From Eledone cirrhosa (Eukaryota), in NCBI GenBank assembly GCA_964016885.1, contig OZ024743.1, positions 337,094,001-337,158,000 of the forward strand: a stretch of 64,000 nt of DNA. The letters run 5' to 3'. Shown here one piece after another: positions 43,649-53,572 of the stretch. Position 1 is the first letter of the stretch, and every line of letters starts with the position of its first letter. A model generated the notes under the pieces. That model was not told the DNA's origin. It did no database searches and saw nothing but the letters and a program-made list of their open reading frames with translations. The translations under genes and the position numbers were made by a program.

Positions 43649-44060
43649 GGACTTTTCCCCGTAAAAGGGGGGGGGGGTTTACTCTTCGACTTCCATAGTT
43701 TTCTTTACCATTTCTTTTCCCCGGAAAATGTATCGGGAAAGGGGGTCGGACCTCTCGGAGTTTCCTTTACCTTCTAACCTTAACCGAAACCCCAATCCTT
43801 AAGCCTAACAAAAATCAGAACTTTAACCTCAACGTTAACCCCAACCCTATACCGACTCCCACTACAACATGGGGGCGGAGGCTCCCTCTTTTGCCGCTGT
43901 TTTCCGGGAGAAAAAGTCCTTTGCAGTATGTCGGGAGGTAAAATTAGTTGGTAGCACACGAAAAAAGAAAGAGGGGGGAAAGAACTGTTAAGAAAAGACG
44001 TCGATGTGATTAAAAAGTCCAAGGATCCCAACCCCTCTCCCCTCCGGGGGAAAGTCCCTA
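43649..44060. mobile_element. Non-autonomous element with GGACTTTTCCC/GGGAAAGTCC inverted motifs and degenerate CCTAAC repeats
   Basis: ggacttttcccc at 43649; gaaaaagtcc at about 43910 and gggggaaagtcc at about 44046; the core ctaaccttaacc...cctaac...ccccaacccta is telomere-like. Confidence 0.5.
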
Positions 44061-44187
44061 GGACTGCATTAAGTAGTAAGTTTAATTGAAAGCGCACGAA
44101 AAGAACGAAAATATTATTTCCCACTGAAATCGGTGAGGTGTCTCTCAATAATATCAAAAATAGTAATACTTTCTCTCTCTATATATA

Positions 44188-44319
44188 TGTAGTGACCTAC
44201 ATTCCGCGGGCTCACATACATTCTCTGTGCGTGATTTGTCTCAGCTCAGCCAATCAGCGCCAGTAGAAGAGGATGTATCCCTACGCGTCCTGAGGGAGAA
44301 ATTACCCGCGAAGATTTGA
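44188..44319 (+). mobile_element. Truncated 5' LTR-like repeat
   Basis: Starts TGTAGTGAC after a TA run. It matches 45611-45723 apart from a 19-nt indel and a few substitutions, and contains a CCAAT box. Confidence 0.8.
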
Positions 44320-44338
44320 TCTTAAAGTCAGGAATTCC

Positions 44339-45508
44339 TCATGAGTTCCAGCAGTCCTGGGCTTCTGATATAGCCTCGTTGAAGGCTTGGCCTAGGGTTC
44401 CCGATCTAACCTTGGTCAACTGATTCTTTCTGAATGTCGATATGAAGCTGGACGGATTTGGGTACTGATCCAAAAGCTGGATCATCAGTCCAGCTATCAT
44501 GTATCCTGCATGTTTAGTATCTGCCAATGCTTCATCTGGAACAAAGTGGTGCTTGTATGATTTGGACCGGAAGGCGACTCTGAAAGCAAGCGCATCCATG
44601 AGTGCGCCTTCCACATGTCCCGGCTCTATGTTCTTAGAATTAATAAACCGTTTGTCTTTGTCTAGACATCCTATCATACCAAAAAAAGTGTGGAGGTACG
44701 GGTTCGATCCTGCGGAAAATACACATTTCTTGATTAGTCCCAGGGACTTTTGGTAAGGGAAAATCCCTGTATCTGATGCTCCTGCACTTAAGGATTTTAG
44801 CACTCTCATGGTCTCATTAACTCCTGCTTCATTGACCACCAAACAAACCAGATCTGTTATGGTTAGGTTGAGTGTATCTCTGAAATGATCAAGCACCTCT
44901 ATGATATGCATCCCTTCATATCTCGCCAATATGGTCCCCCTTCTCAGCAGCGACAGATCATGAGTGTTATAACTGTAAAGGAAATAATCTATCGCTGCCA
45001 TTACTTGAAAAACCTGATCGTTCCTGACTATATGGCTCAGGGCACCGTTGAGGAGCATGTCCTGGTCGTATCTGTATGGGTGCGTCATGCGATGATTATT
45101 GAAGGCCTTGATTATGTTTTGCTTATAATCCCCCACCTCCAGACCGGTGCCCGCATTCTCCACCTTGTAAAGGGTGACTATATAAAGCATTAGCCCGTGG
45201 TGGTGATTTTGGGTGGAGGTTGTTGCGGTTGGTGTGGGGAAGCTGGCATCTTCGGTGATGTTGAAGAAGTCAGCAAGGGTAACTGACTCTTTCTGTCTGA
45301 TAAAGTCATAGTTTTGGAGATCAGTATTTATATCAAATTTGAGGTAGGACTGGCAGTATTTGATCATGAAATGTAGGACATGTTTCGGGAGCATCTCCTG
45401 AGTGTTGGCTTTTGTCAGAATGAAATCATGTGCTGCCTTGACATCCCCTCCAGAGAAAATGGTTATCTGTTGGGGCTGGAACACCTCATTTTTTTTTCTT
45501 GCATGCAT
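44339..45508 (-). CDS. Endogenous viral element: rhabdovirus-like nucleoprotein N (389 aa from first ATG, intact, intronless)
   Basis: VMAAIDYFLYSYNTHDLSLLRRGTILARYEG...LDHF...IFPYQKSLGLIKKCVFSAGSNPYLH...KRFINSK is collinear with vesiculovirus N as recalled from memory (IVAAVDMFF..FKKH..ASFRYGTIVSRFKD...SYMPYLIDFGLSSKSPYSSVKNPAFH...TRARNAR). Confidence 0.85.
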   Translation of the reverse strand: MHARKKNEVFQPQQITIFSGGDVKAAHDFILTKANTQEMLPKHVLHFMIKYCQSYLKFDINTDLQNYDFIRQKESVTLADFFNITEDASFPTPTATTSTQNHHHGLMLYIVTLYKVENAGTGLEVGDYKQNIIKAFNNHRMTHPYRYDQDMLLNGALSHIVRNDQVFQVMAAIDYFLYSYNTHDLSLLRRGTILARYEGMHIIEVLDHFRDTLNLTITDLVCLVVNEAGVNETMRVLKSLSAGASDTGIFPYQKSLGLIKKCVFSAGSNPYLHTFFGMIGCLDKDKRFINSKNIEPGHVEGALMDALAFRVAFRSKSYKHHFVPDEALADTKHAGYMIAGLMIQLLDQYPNPSSFISTFRKNQLTKVRSGTLGQAFNEAISEAQDCWNS

Positions 45509-45592
45509 CCTTCTGTTCAATTATTTTTTAAACTGATGTGCTCTTTCAGCATTTGTTCTTGCTGATTCAATAATCTGTATCGACTACCGTCT

Positions 45593-45607
45593 AGGAGGGG
45601 AGGGGGG
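45593..45607 (+). other. Polypurine tract immediately 5' of an LTR-like repeat
   Basis: AGGAGGGGAGGGGGG, then TAT, then TGTAGTGAC. Confidence 0.75.
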
Positions 45608-45610
45608 TAT

Positions 45611-46573
45611 TGTAGTGACATACATTCTCTGTGCGTGCTTTGGCTCAGCTCAGCCAATCAGCGACAGTAGAAGAGGATGTATCCCTACGCGTCCTGAGGG
45701 AGAAATTACCCGCGAAGATTTGAAGAATCTCTCTCTCGCACCAGGAACCTCGAACCAGCAACCCGTACAACATGTGACGGTGAGATTTTGCACCTTAGCC
45801 TGCAGGCTTTCCGGCGCAATGGCACATTCCCTTTTGTAACCTCATTTTTATGTGTAACTTCAACCATACAAGTTAACCAACATTATTTGTGGGTGGATTT
45901 TATTGGCAGTATTGGTAGAGGGTCGGACGCCATGCTTTCTAGCATAGTTACGTCCCTTTACGATCTGAGTTCAAATCCCGCCGAGGTTGACTTTGCCTTT
46001 CATCCTTACGGGGTCGATAAAATAAAGTATCAGTAATGCACTGGGTAATTGCTGGCCTTGTGCCTAAAGTAGAAACAATTATTTGTGGGTGGATTGGCAG
46101 TATCGGTAGAGGGTCGGACGCCATGCTTTCCAGCCTAGTTACGTCCCTTTACGATCTGAGTTCAAATCCCGCCGAGGCTGACTTTGCCTTTTATCCTTAC
46201 GGGGTCGATAAAATAAAGTACCAGTAATGCACTGGGTAATTGCTGGCCTTGTGCCTAAAGTAGAAACAATTATTTGTGGGTGGATTGGCAGTATCGGTAG
46301 AGGGTCAGACGCCATGCTTTGAAGCATAGAGTTACGGCCCTTGCTATTCTGAGTTCAAATCCCGCCGAGGTTAACTTTGCCTTTCATCCTTACGGGGTCG
46401 ATAAAATAAAGTACCAGTAATACACTGGGTAATTGCTGGCCTTGTGCCTAACGTAGAAACAATTATTTGTGCTACAACAAAAATAAAAATTACGTTTCAT
46501 CTCTAATTTCTGCTGTTGACATCATTATTATGTTACTCGTGTCTCAATAACATTTATACACCATGCTGCTAAA
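45611..46573 (+). mobile_element. 3' LTR-like sequence interrupted by a SINE triplet (right end uncertain)
   Basis: TGTAG start after the PPT, a CCAAT box, and AATAAA at about 46482 after the SINEs. Candidate ends are CTACA (46476), ...AACA (46552) or CTAAA|TATA (46573), the last of which would match the TATA preceding 44188. Confidence 0.6.
45890..46470 (+). mobile_element. Three head-to-tail tRNA-derived SINEs
   Basis: Each ~190-bp unit has an A box (tggcagtatcggtaga) and B box (gagttcaaatcc). The units are separated and flanked by ATTATTTGTG. Confidence 0.9.
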
Positions 46574-46576
46574 TAT

Positions 46577-46714
46577 ATATTCATTTATTATGTCTATTGG
46601 TGAGCTTTATCGCTCTGGAGTTTCACCTGCGCACTCATAAGATCACCGGTCTTGTCTGGTGAGTGCGCGGGTGAGACTCCAGAGTAACGAGGCTTAGCCA
46701 TAATAAATGAATAT
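46577..46714. repeat. Nested inverted repeat / hairpin (MITE-like)
   Basis: Outer 16-bp arms (atattcatttattatg / cataataaatgaatat) and inner 25-bp arms (ctctggagtttcacctgcgcactca / tgagtgcgcgggtgagactccagag). Confidence 0.85.
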
Positions 46715-48059
46715 TTAAACTCTAAAATAAAAAAAAATAATACTCTTGGATGAGTGACATTTATCGTCCCAATCATTAGGTCTCATAAGTGTCATTTACT
46801 ATAGTTTTGAGTCGACCTATGCCTTGTGAGTAAAATTGGGTAGACGGAAACTCTTTGGAAGCCTGTCGGTCCAATCTGTCACATACCGTGTCACGCTGAA
46901 TCTTCACGAGGATTGCGCTATGGGTATACGTGTCTCCAAATGTTCAACCATTTACACGTTAATTTCATAAACAGGCTGTTCCGTTGATCAAACAACGGAA
47001 ATACTCATTGACGAAGCCGACGGAGGTCCATTCCATTGTTTTAAAAAAGAGTTATTCCCCTTATTTATGAGTTGCATAGCCGCGAATTCAAAATTTAGAA
47101 TGGCGAATAAAAAGTAACTCCACTTACGCGTGGTAGTAATACGGAAAAAAACGATGTTTTGCTTTCATCGGCTGCTTCGACTGACAGCTAAAAGTTTATT
47201 ATTGGTTCTATCAACAAAAGACACTTACTTAACTGTACTGAATGGCTGTATAACGGAGAATCTTGACCTTGTTTAATTACGAAGATGAAGATACAATTCC
47301 TATTTTGGTCATTAAAAAAAGAGCGAAGAAATTCGTGTATGATAAGGTATGAACACGTTACGGTTTTTTCAAATACATCTATGAGAGCTAAAAGAGTGGT
47401 GGATTGCTATTGCGGTATTTGTTCTGGCTTTTTAAAATCCGAGTCGATAGAATAAAATACCAGTCGTGTACTGCGGTTAATTTAATCAACTTTTCCCCCA
47501 TACCAAGAGAAAAAGTTGCCTGAATTAGAAATAGATATACGTTGGTCCATAAAAGTTCCACCGGACAAAAGCCCCAAATAGAATTTGAATATATAATTTG
47601 AGTTAATCTTTCATCAGATAAATTACTTTTCATAATAGAGTTTATCTTTTCTTGTTTTATTTTACACTATGTGGGTTTTGGGCCCGGTAGAAGTTGTGCT
47701 TTTCTGGTAGGAGTGAGTGGGTTTTTTCTTTTTTTCTTGGGAGGTCTTGTCCGATAGAAGTGAAAGTTTTTGTTCTATGTGGTGGGTCGATAGGAGTGCG
47801 AATTTTACTTTAGAGGTTTTTGTCCTGCAAGGATGAGGTGTTTTGTCGGAGGAGTTTTGACCGGTGGGGATTTGTCCGTATTCTAATATATGTGTACTTC
47901 GAATATCTAACTGTTGTGTAGTTTTAAGTAGTCGATAGTTTTTCGGTAGAAGCTAACTCACACACATAAATTGTAGTATTTTTCAAAATGCTCGCCTTTA
48001 ACATTTATGAGAGAGAGTGCCAGTTTAGAAACTTCTATATCGTCACTTGTTGAACGGAA

Positions 48060-51000
48060 ATACAGTCATACAGTCACAATTTTATTCACAGTTGTATAAA
48101 TAACATTACAAATCGTTTGCAACTCTTTCAGAATGAAAATATAAACAGAACATATGAATAAATTTACAGTAGAATAACATAAATATGTTTTAAATATATA
48201 TACATAAATAACAATACAAATGCTTCGACAACATTATAAATTGCTCGCGATTCTTTCAGAAAGATATATTCTTTTAATGTTACAATATTAAAGAAAATGT
48301 AAAGGAAGGGGTGAACAACCGAGCGAACACCAGAGCAAAAGACAGCAGCGAGGGGTACTGGGCAACCTCTCTAATGATTTTTGAGGCAAGCCAGCCCACT
48401 CGCAGCGTTGCCTCGGGTGCTGGCGAGGCTGATGCGCTGAAACAGCCAAGCGCCCTCGCGAGATTCGCCAGATTCGCCAGCTACCTCTATTAGGCGAGCC
48501 GCCAGTGAAGAGAAGAACCTCGCAGTCAGCGTCTCGAAAGCCACAGGCTGAATAAAGGAAGCTGTGGCTCTCGTCCTAACCGCAGCATCCAGGATGTGGG
48601 AAAGCGCAAAAGAGTCACTAACAGTGACGTCCCAGAGAAGGCACCTGCCTCTTGACCAGGAGCACAGGGTAAAGCTGTCAGGTCTTTTGCCGTCACTTCT
48701 GGGCAGCCCAGATGGTTCCAAGACTGAGGGGATATTCGCCCAGGCCAAAGCTCTCTTCAGAATGAGGTTTAGCTTCGTGTGACGCACGAAGCGGCCGGCA
48801 TTCAGGCGGCAAGAAAGACTGTGGAGTCGAGGAGTTTGTCGCATCGGCACCTCAAACCCATGCAGACGTCAGCTCCCACTCTGAGGGCGATGGAGACAGG
48901 AAGTTCGTCCAGGCTGAGTAGGCCACCGACGTTGGCCACGGGTAGGGCATCAACCCAGTCGCCTGAGTATTTGGCGCTGGCAGATAGTAAGCGGCACCTT
49001 CAAACTGATCTGACTGGACGAAGAGAGAGTCGAAGGTAGCCTTCGAACTTATGCTGTCCTAAGTTCTCTGACTTCGACTGTCCTCCACCTTTTCAGGAAG
49101 AGACAAGCCCAACTCACTCCATTGCTGGAGAGCTTCACCCGACTCCCTGATGGAACTAGTCCATGTTGGAGAGGAGAGGTTGCTGCTCACCAAGGTGGAG
49201 GAAAGGAAGCAGGGGAGAGAGAGGGACGAACACTTACGAAGACCAAGACCCCCAAATCGCATGGGCAACGCAGCCTGATTGCGGGACTCTGGAGAGAGTC
49301 TAACATTGACCAGGCACTCGAGTCTCTCGAAGGTTAGGTCGTCGAAGTGTTGGAGGCAGGACGGAAATCTGTGAGAGGGGCTGACCATGAGCAGATACAG
49401 AAGCTTAGGACTAGTCAGGTAGTTCCTGAATATGAAGAAACCTTGATGAAGTTCGATAATTTCGATATTCCTCAGCAGCTGCTCAAGGCCAATCATCTTT
49501 GATTGGAAGATTGACTCGAAGGCAAGGTCTGTGTTGGGGCTCCTAAGGAACACCAAGCGGACAGGGAAGGGACCGCGATGCAAGGGAAGGACTCTGCCAA
49601 CATGTCGATTAGCTGTTGGTGTTGAGAAGCCGGGTGGTTGAGGATCCAGAGCTGACATTTGGAGCTATTGACCTGGGGACCCCAGCGGCCAAGCTCCTCA
49701 ACCATTTTGTTGGCAGTGGCGAGAACCATATCTGGAGTTCCCCCCAAACAGGCGTCGTCGAGGTACCAGACATTGAGGTCCAACTCAACCCCCATCTTGG
49801 TGACGTCATCAATGCCCAGTGCAAACAGAGCGGGCCCGAGAGGGTTACCCTGTTGGACTCCTGAGGCAGAGGTAATGATTTGGTCACCGAAAGAGAGGTA
49901 GGAGGGCTCCTGATAAGCCTGCCAAGCAAAGTGGTAGAGTTGTGAGACCCTCTCTCTTACTGAGCCGAGGACGATGTCACAGCTGACGGAGTTGAATGCA
50001 TTCTTGAGGTCAAGTTTGAGGATGACCTTGAGCGATGAGGAGGGCAAGTTGGTAAATGCTCTGGTAGCGTGGACAGCAGCCTCACATCCCAACCTGGTAC
50101 CCACCCCCAGCTGGATAGAGGAAAATTCCTCTGCCAGTGAGTCGGAGGCCAACAGCAAACACGCCTTTGCAGTGAGGCGGCGAAGAGTCCAGCCAACCAC
50201 AATGAGGCGCAGGTCCCTGTTGGGCTTGGTGAGACCAAATAGCTTCGCACCGAAGAACTGGGCGGATGAACGGGAGAACGTTCACTGAAGAGGACTGATT
50301 CACAAACCAAGTCAGACTCTCCTAGACCTCGAGTACGGCGTCACCGGCCGATAAGGAGATACCATCCTTGAGGTGTTGAGGATGAAGGCCGTCAATTCCC
50401 GTGCCTGACACAGCGGGGAAGGATGAAATCGCCTTTCTGATGATATCGGGGGTGTAAACCAGTTTCAAGTATTCTGGTGGTTCGGGCCAGTGTAACTGAT
50501 CATCTGGGGGTGCCGATGGGTGCTTCTCTTTCAGTCACTCAAGAGAATCAGAGTTGCAAGGAGCAAGGGGGGACAGAGAAGAGAGGAGACGGACAGCCCC
50601 TTTAATGTCAAATTCGCTGAATTTGGCATTGACCGCTTGCTTGAGGTCTACCGGTTGTCTGTTGGTGGACACCGAGCTCGATGTCAAACTGAGATGAGAC
50701 GTGGTTGGGGTGGACTCAAACAGCTGGAACTTCCGCTTGAGAGAGGACGTGAGGGAACCCGAATTCTCATTGTGCACGTGAAGAGAGATGAGGGGAAACA
50801 AAAACAAATTCTGCCAGTCATACATATTGTTGGATGAGCAAACGTTTTCCAATAAATTAGAGAGGGCACGTGCAAAGCTATTCCGAGCTCCCTTAGGGAT
50901 CCGGTTAACGAGCTTTGATTTGGAGAAGCCCTGGAGGGCTGTGACAAAGTCCTCGATAGAGAGTTGGTCATCGAAGCGTGGGGCATCCCCACGGAATATG

Positions 51001-51750
51001 TCGGAGCTGAAATGGCACCGATTACAGGTCCAGTGTTGAAGCCTTTCGGCTTGAGCTTTGGTGATGCCGACACAGCTTCTGTGGTAGCTTGCGTGGCATA
51101 GGTGACATTTAATTGTCTTTAAGTACCGGCTAGTGCGGGCACAGAGAGCGCAATCAGGTGGTGGGCTGGCAGCAGCTGGGTGTAGAAGGCCAGCGTTGGA
51201 ATTCGGTGGAGGGAGTGAGTCAGTAAAGGAGGCAGCAGTGGTTCTAACGGTGGGACTAGAGAGGAGGTTGGGTGGTGAGCTAACAGTTGTAGGGGTGGTG
51301 TGGTTGGCTGGGTTCGATTCGTTCGGAATCTGCCGTGAAGAGGAGGTGGGGGAAAGTTAGCTCCTCTTGTGCGTGCCAAAGTTGGTGGAGAATGAGAGAT
51401 CTAAGGCTGAACGGTTGTCACATAGTCATTCCACCAAGCAGGTCTCTTGGTCGTTCGACACATGCCACCGCCACCTAGAGTGGACTAGGCTAAAGTGGTG
51501 GCAACTTTATAATCGGTGATCGCCAGTGATAGTTCGGTCGAAACATCGGGCCACCGACGGGTTGAACGAAGACATAGGTGGGCTGTGCGCGAGGACGAAG
51601 TAAGGGGTGAGCAAGGGGAGGGATAGAAAGTGGAGAAGGAGGGGAGAAGATTATGTGTGCGTGGAGAGGAGTGTGGTCATGTGAGAGGCAGGTAAATACA
51701 GTAGGCGAGAAAGAGCAATGAACATGCAAAGAAGTACAAAATCTAAGGCT
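48060..51750 (-). mobile_element. CRE-clade non-LTR retrotransposon (RT + restriction-like endonuclease), frameshifted
   Basis: RT motifs QLGVG...GCEAAVHA, LDLKNAFNSV, GVQQGNPLGPALF and WYLDD; LPMRFGGLG; RLE motif KRPD...LLWDVT; C-terminal WLFQRISLA..RGNA; N-terminal RIPKGAR. Ends are approximate. Confidence 0.88.
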
Positions 51751-53074
51751 GTGAGTTTGTGTAATATTTCACATGGGCAAGACTTCAGTAAAGTCAAAAC
51801 CTGAATGATAGTGGTACAAGATGTTTACAATTACGGAGTGATTACATTACTGGTCCTGAATTCTATCAAGTGGTCAAAGCTTCTAATTCTGTGAAATAGA
51901 ATGAAAGTATGGATTGACCTTTCAGTCACACCTGTCTATAAATAGATTCAGGTTATTTCAAAAGGGAGATGGGATGGCGCCATGTGTTATCTCTTCTTGT
52001 GACGCTAGTGGCGGTTCCTCGCCATTTATAATTTTTTTTTGGGGGGGGGGGGGGGAGAGGGGGTTGAAAAATTGTGAGTATATATTAAGGAGGAATGTAT
52101 AATTGTGTGATACAATTGCTCCCGGTTGGTTCCATGCGTTGTTGCCACAACCAATCCATTTAAATTTTAAATTTTTTCTTCTGAAGATCTGTTATTCCTC
52201 TCCATAGATTGTAAATGGTAAAAATCCGTTCAAATGTCCCTGGGAATTAGGTGATCCAATGGAATGGTAAAATCCAGTTCTTTGAAGAATATTTTCAAGT
52301 TGTCTTAGACAAAGCACACACTCATGCGAAAAAAGGGAAAAGTTGAAAATGTTTACCTCGTTTGGTGTTGAATTTGTAGGTCCAGAAATGTTTTCCAATC
52401 ACAAGAAAGTGCACACACATACATATATGTATATATACAGATGCATATATTAATGAACATGTATTTCACATTAAACACAGAGGGACATTAGTAAGTAATA
52501 ATAACAATATTTAGATATAAATGTACATATCTCTATTTGGGGTATATATATATATATATTAATATATTGTTTTATGTTGGGCAGGTCACAATTTAGGTTA
52601 GGCAATAAAATCAAAGGAAAAAATGATACCACAGCGATCTTTCGTTTTAAGCAGACGGTTTCCCTGCTGATAAGTAGAAAAGAGATAAAGTAGTGTCCAT
52701 GGATGTATGTGAGTGTGTGTGATCCTGTGAAAGCAGGCAAAACCCCAGAATGTAACGGGACTCTGACACGATTGTACACGTGTGTGTTTGTGTTATAATG
52801 GATGGAAATTCAAGATGAAGAAATTTAAGACATTTTTTTTCTTTTTATCTTACACTTGCCTCAAAATGGGTGACAGGGAAAATAGAAAGGGTGAAAAAAG
52901 CCTCGTTCAAGCTCCATTATTAATATATATAGTTTTCAACCAGCAATAACCACGTCTTGGCTAACCCTCATTGGCTATGGTACCGCCTCTAATATATATA
53001 GAAACGTATCTATAATAATGTGAAAATTGACTCAAGGAATTTGATATTAAACATCAATTTCACTCAATCCTATA

Positions 53075-53235
53075 TCATCAGAGACTTCCAGCTTGTGGCG
53101 TTCAAGACATTTGGGGAAGTCAGGCTGCTAACTGTGAGGTTCTTGTCTTCACTGACAACTTGCCTAAACGAGGTAACTGATGATGCTCGTGAGGGCGCTT
53201 GGCTGTTCCAGCGCATCAGCCTCACCATCACCCAA
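53075..53235 (+). mobile_element. CRE-family 3' fragment
   Basis: FQLVAFKTFG...RFLSSL...REGAWLFQRISL is homologous to the C-terminus at 48371-48560. Confidence 0.8.
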
Positions 53236-53357
53236 ATTTTATGGTCTTGTAATTAATTTAAGAAATTATCCTTACATTATCATATCTCACTTTGATCATG
53301 TAATATCTTAACATTCCATTGTGTAAAATCTAACACTGTGCACATTCTTTCCTATAG

Positions 53358-53572
53358 ATGTCATTCTACTTAAAGCCTCCCTCTGGAAATATTTCTTTGG
53401 AAAAGCTGGAGAAATTTGCTTTCAAACGTCTCAACTTTCTCATTCGAGTGCTGGCTGCTCATGATGACTTCATAGCTTTAACTGATCTTGTCAAAGACTT
53501 GAGCTTGGTAGTTGATTCTGACTGCTTCATTGAAGGAACTAAAAAGGACCAAATATCACATTTTATTCTCAG
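53358..53572 (+). CDS. PRIM2-like (DNA primase large subunit family) coding exon 1
   Basis: MSFYLKPPSGNISLEKLEKFAFKRL...KDQISHFILR resembles PRIM2 FYLQPPSENISL..FE..A..R...DHISHFILR. An AG acceptor directly precedes the ATG, and the donor is AG|GTAAG. Confidence 0.85.

Noticed and set aside
44339-45520. Alternative reading of the ORF as a retrotransposon gag/env or host retrogene
   Set aside because: It has no CCHC knuckle, signal peptide, clear TM anchor or poly(A), and its motif order fits rhabdoviral N better.
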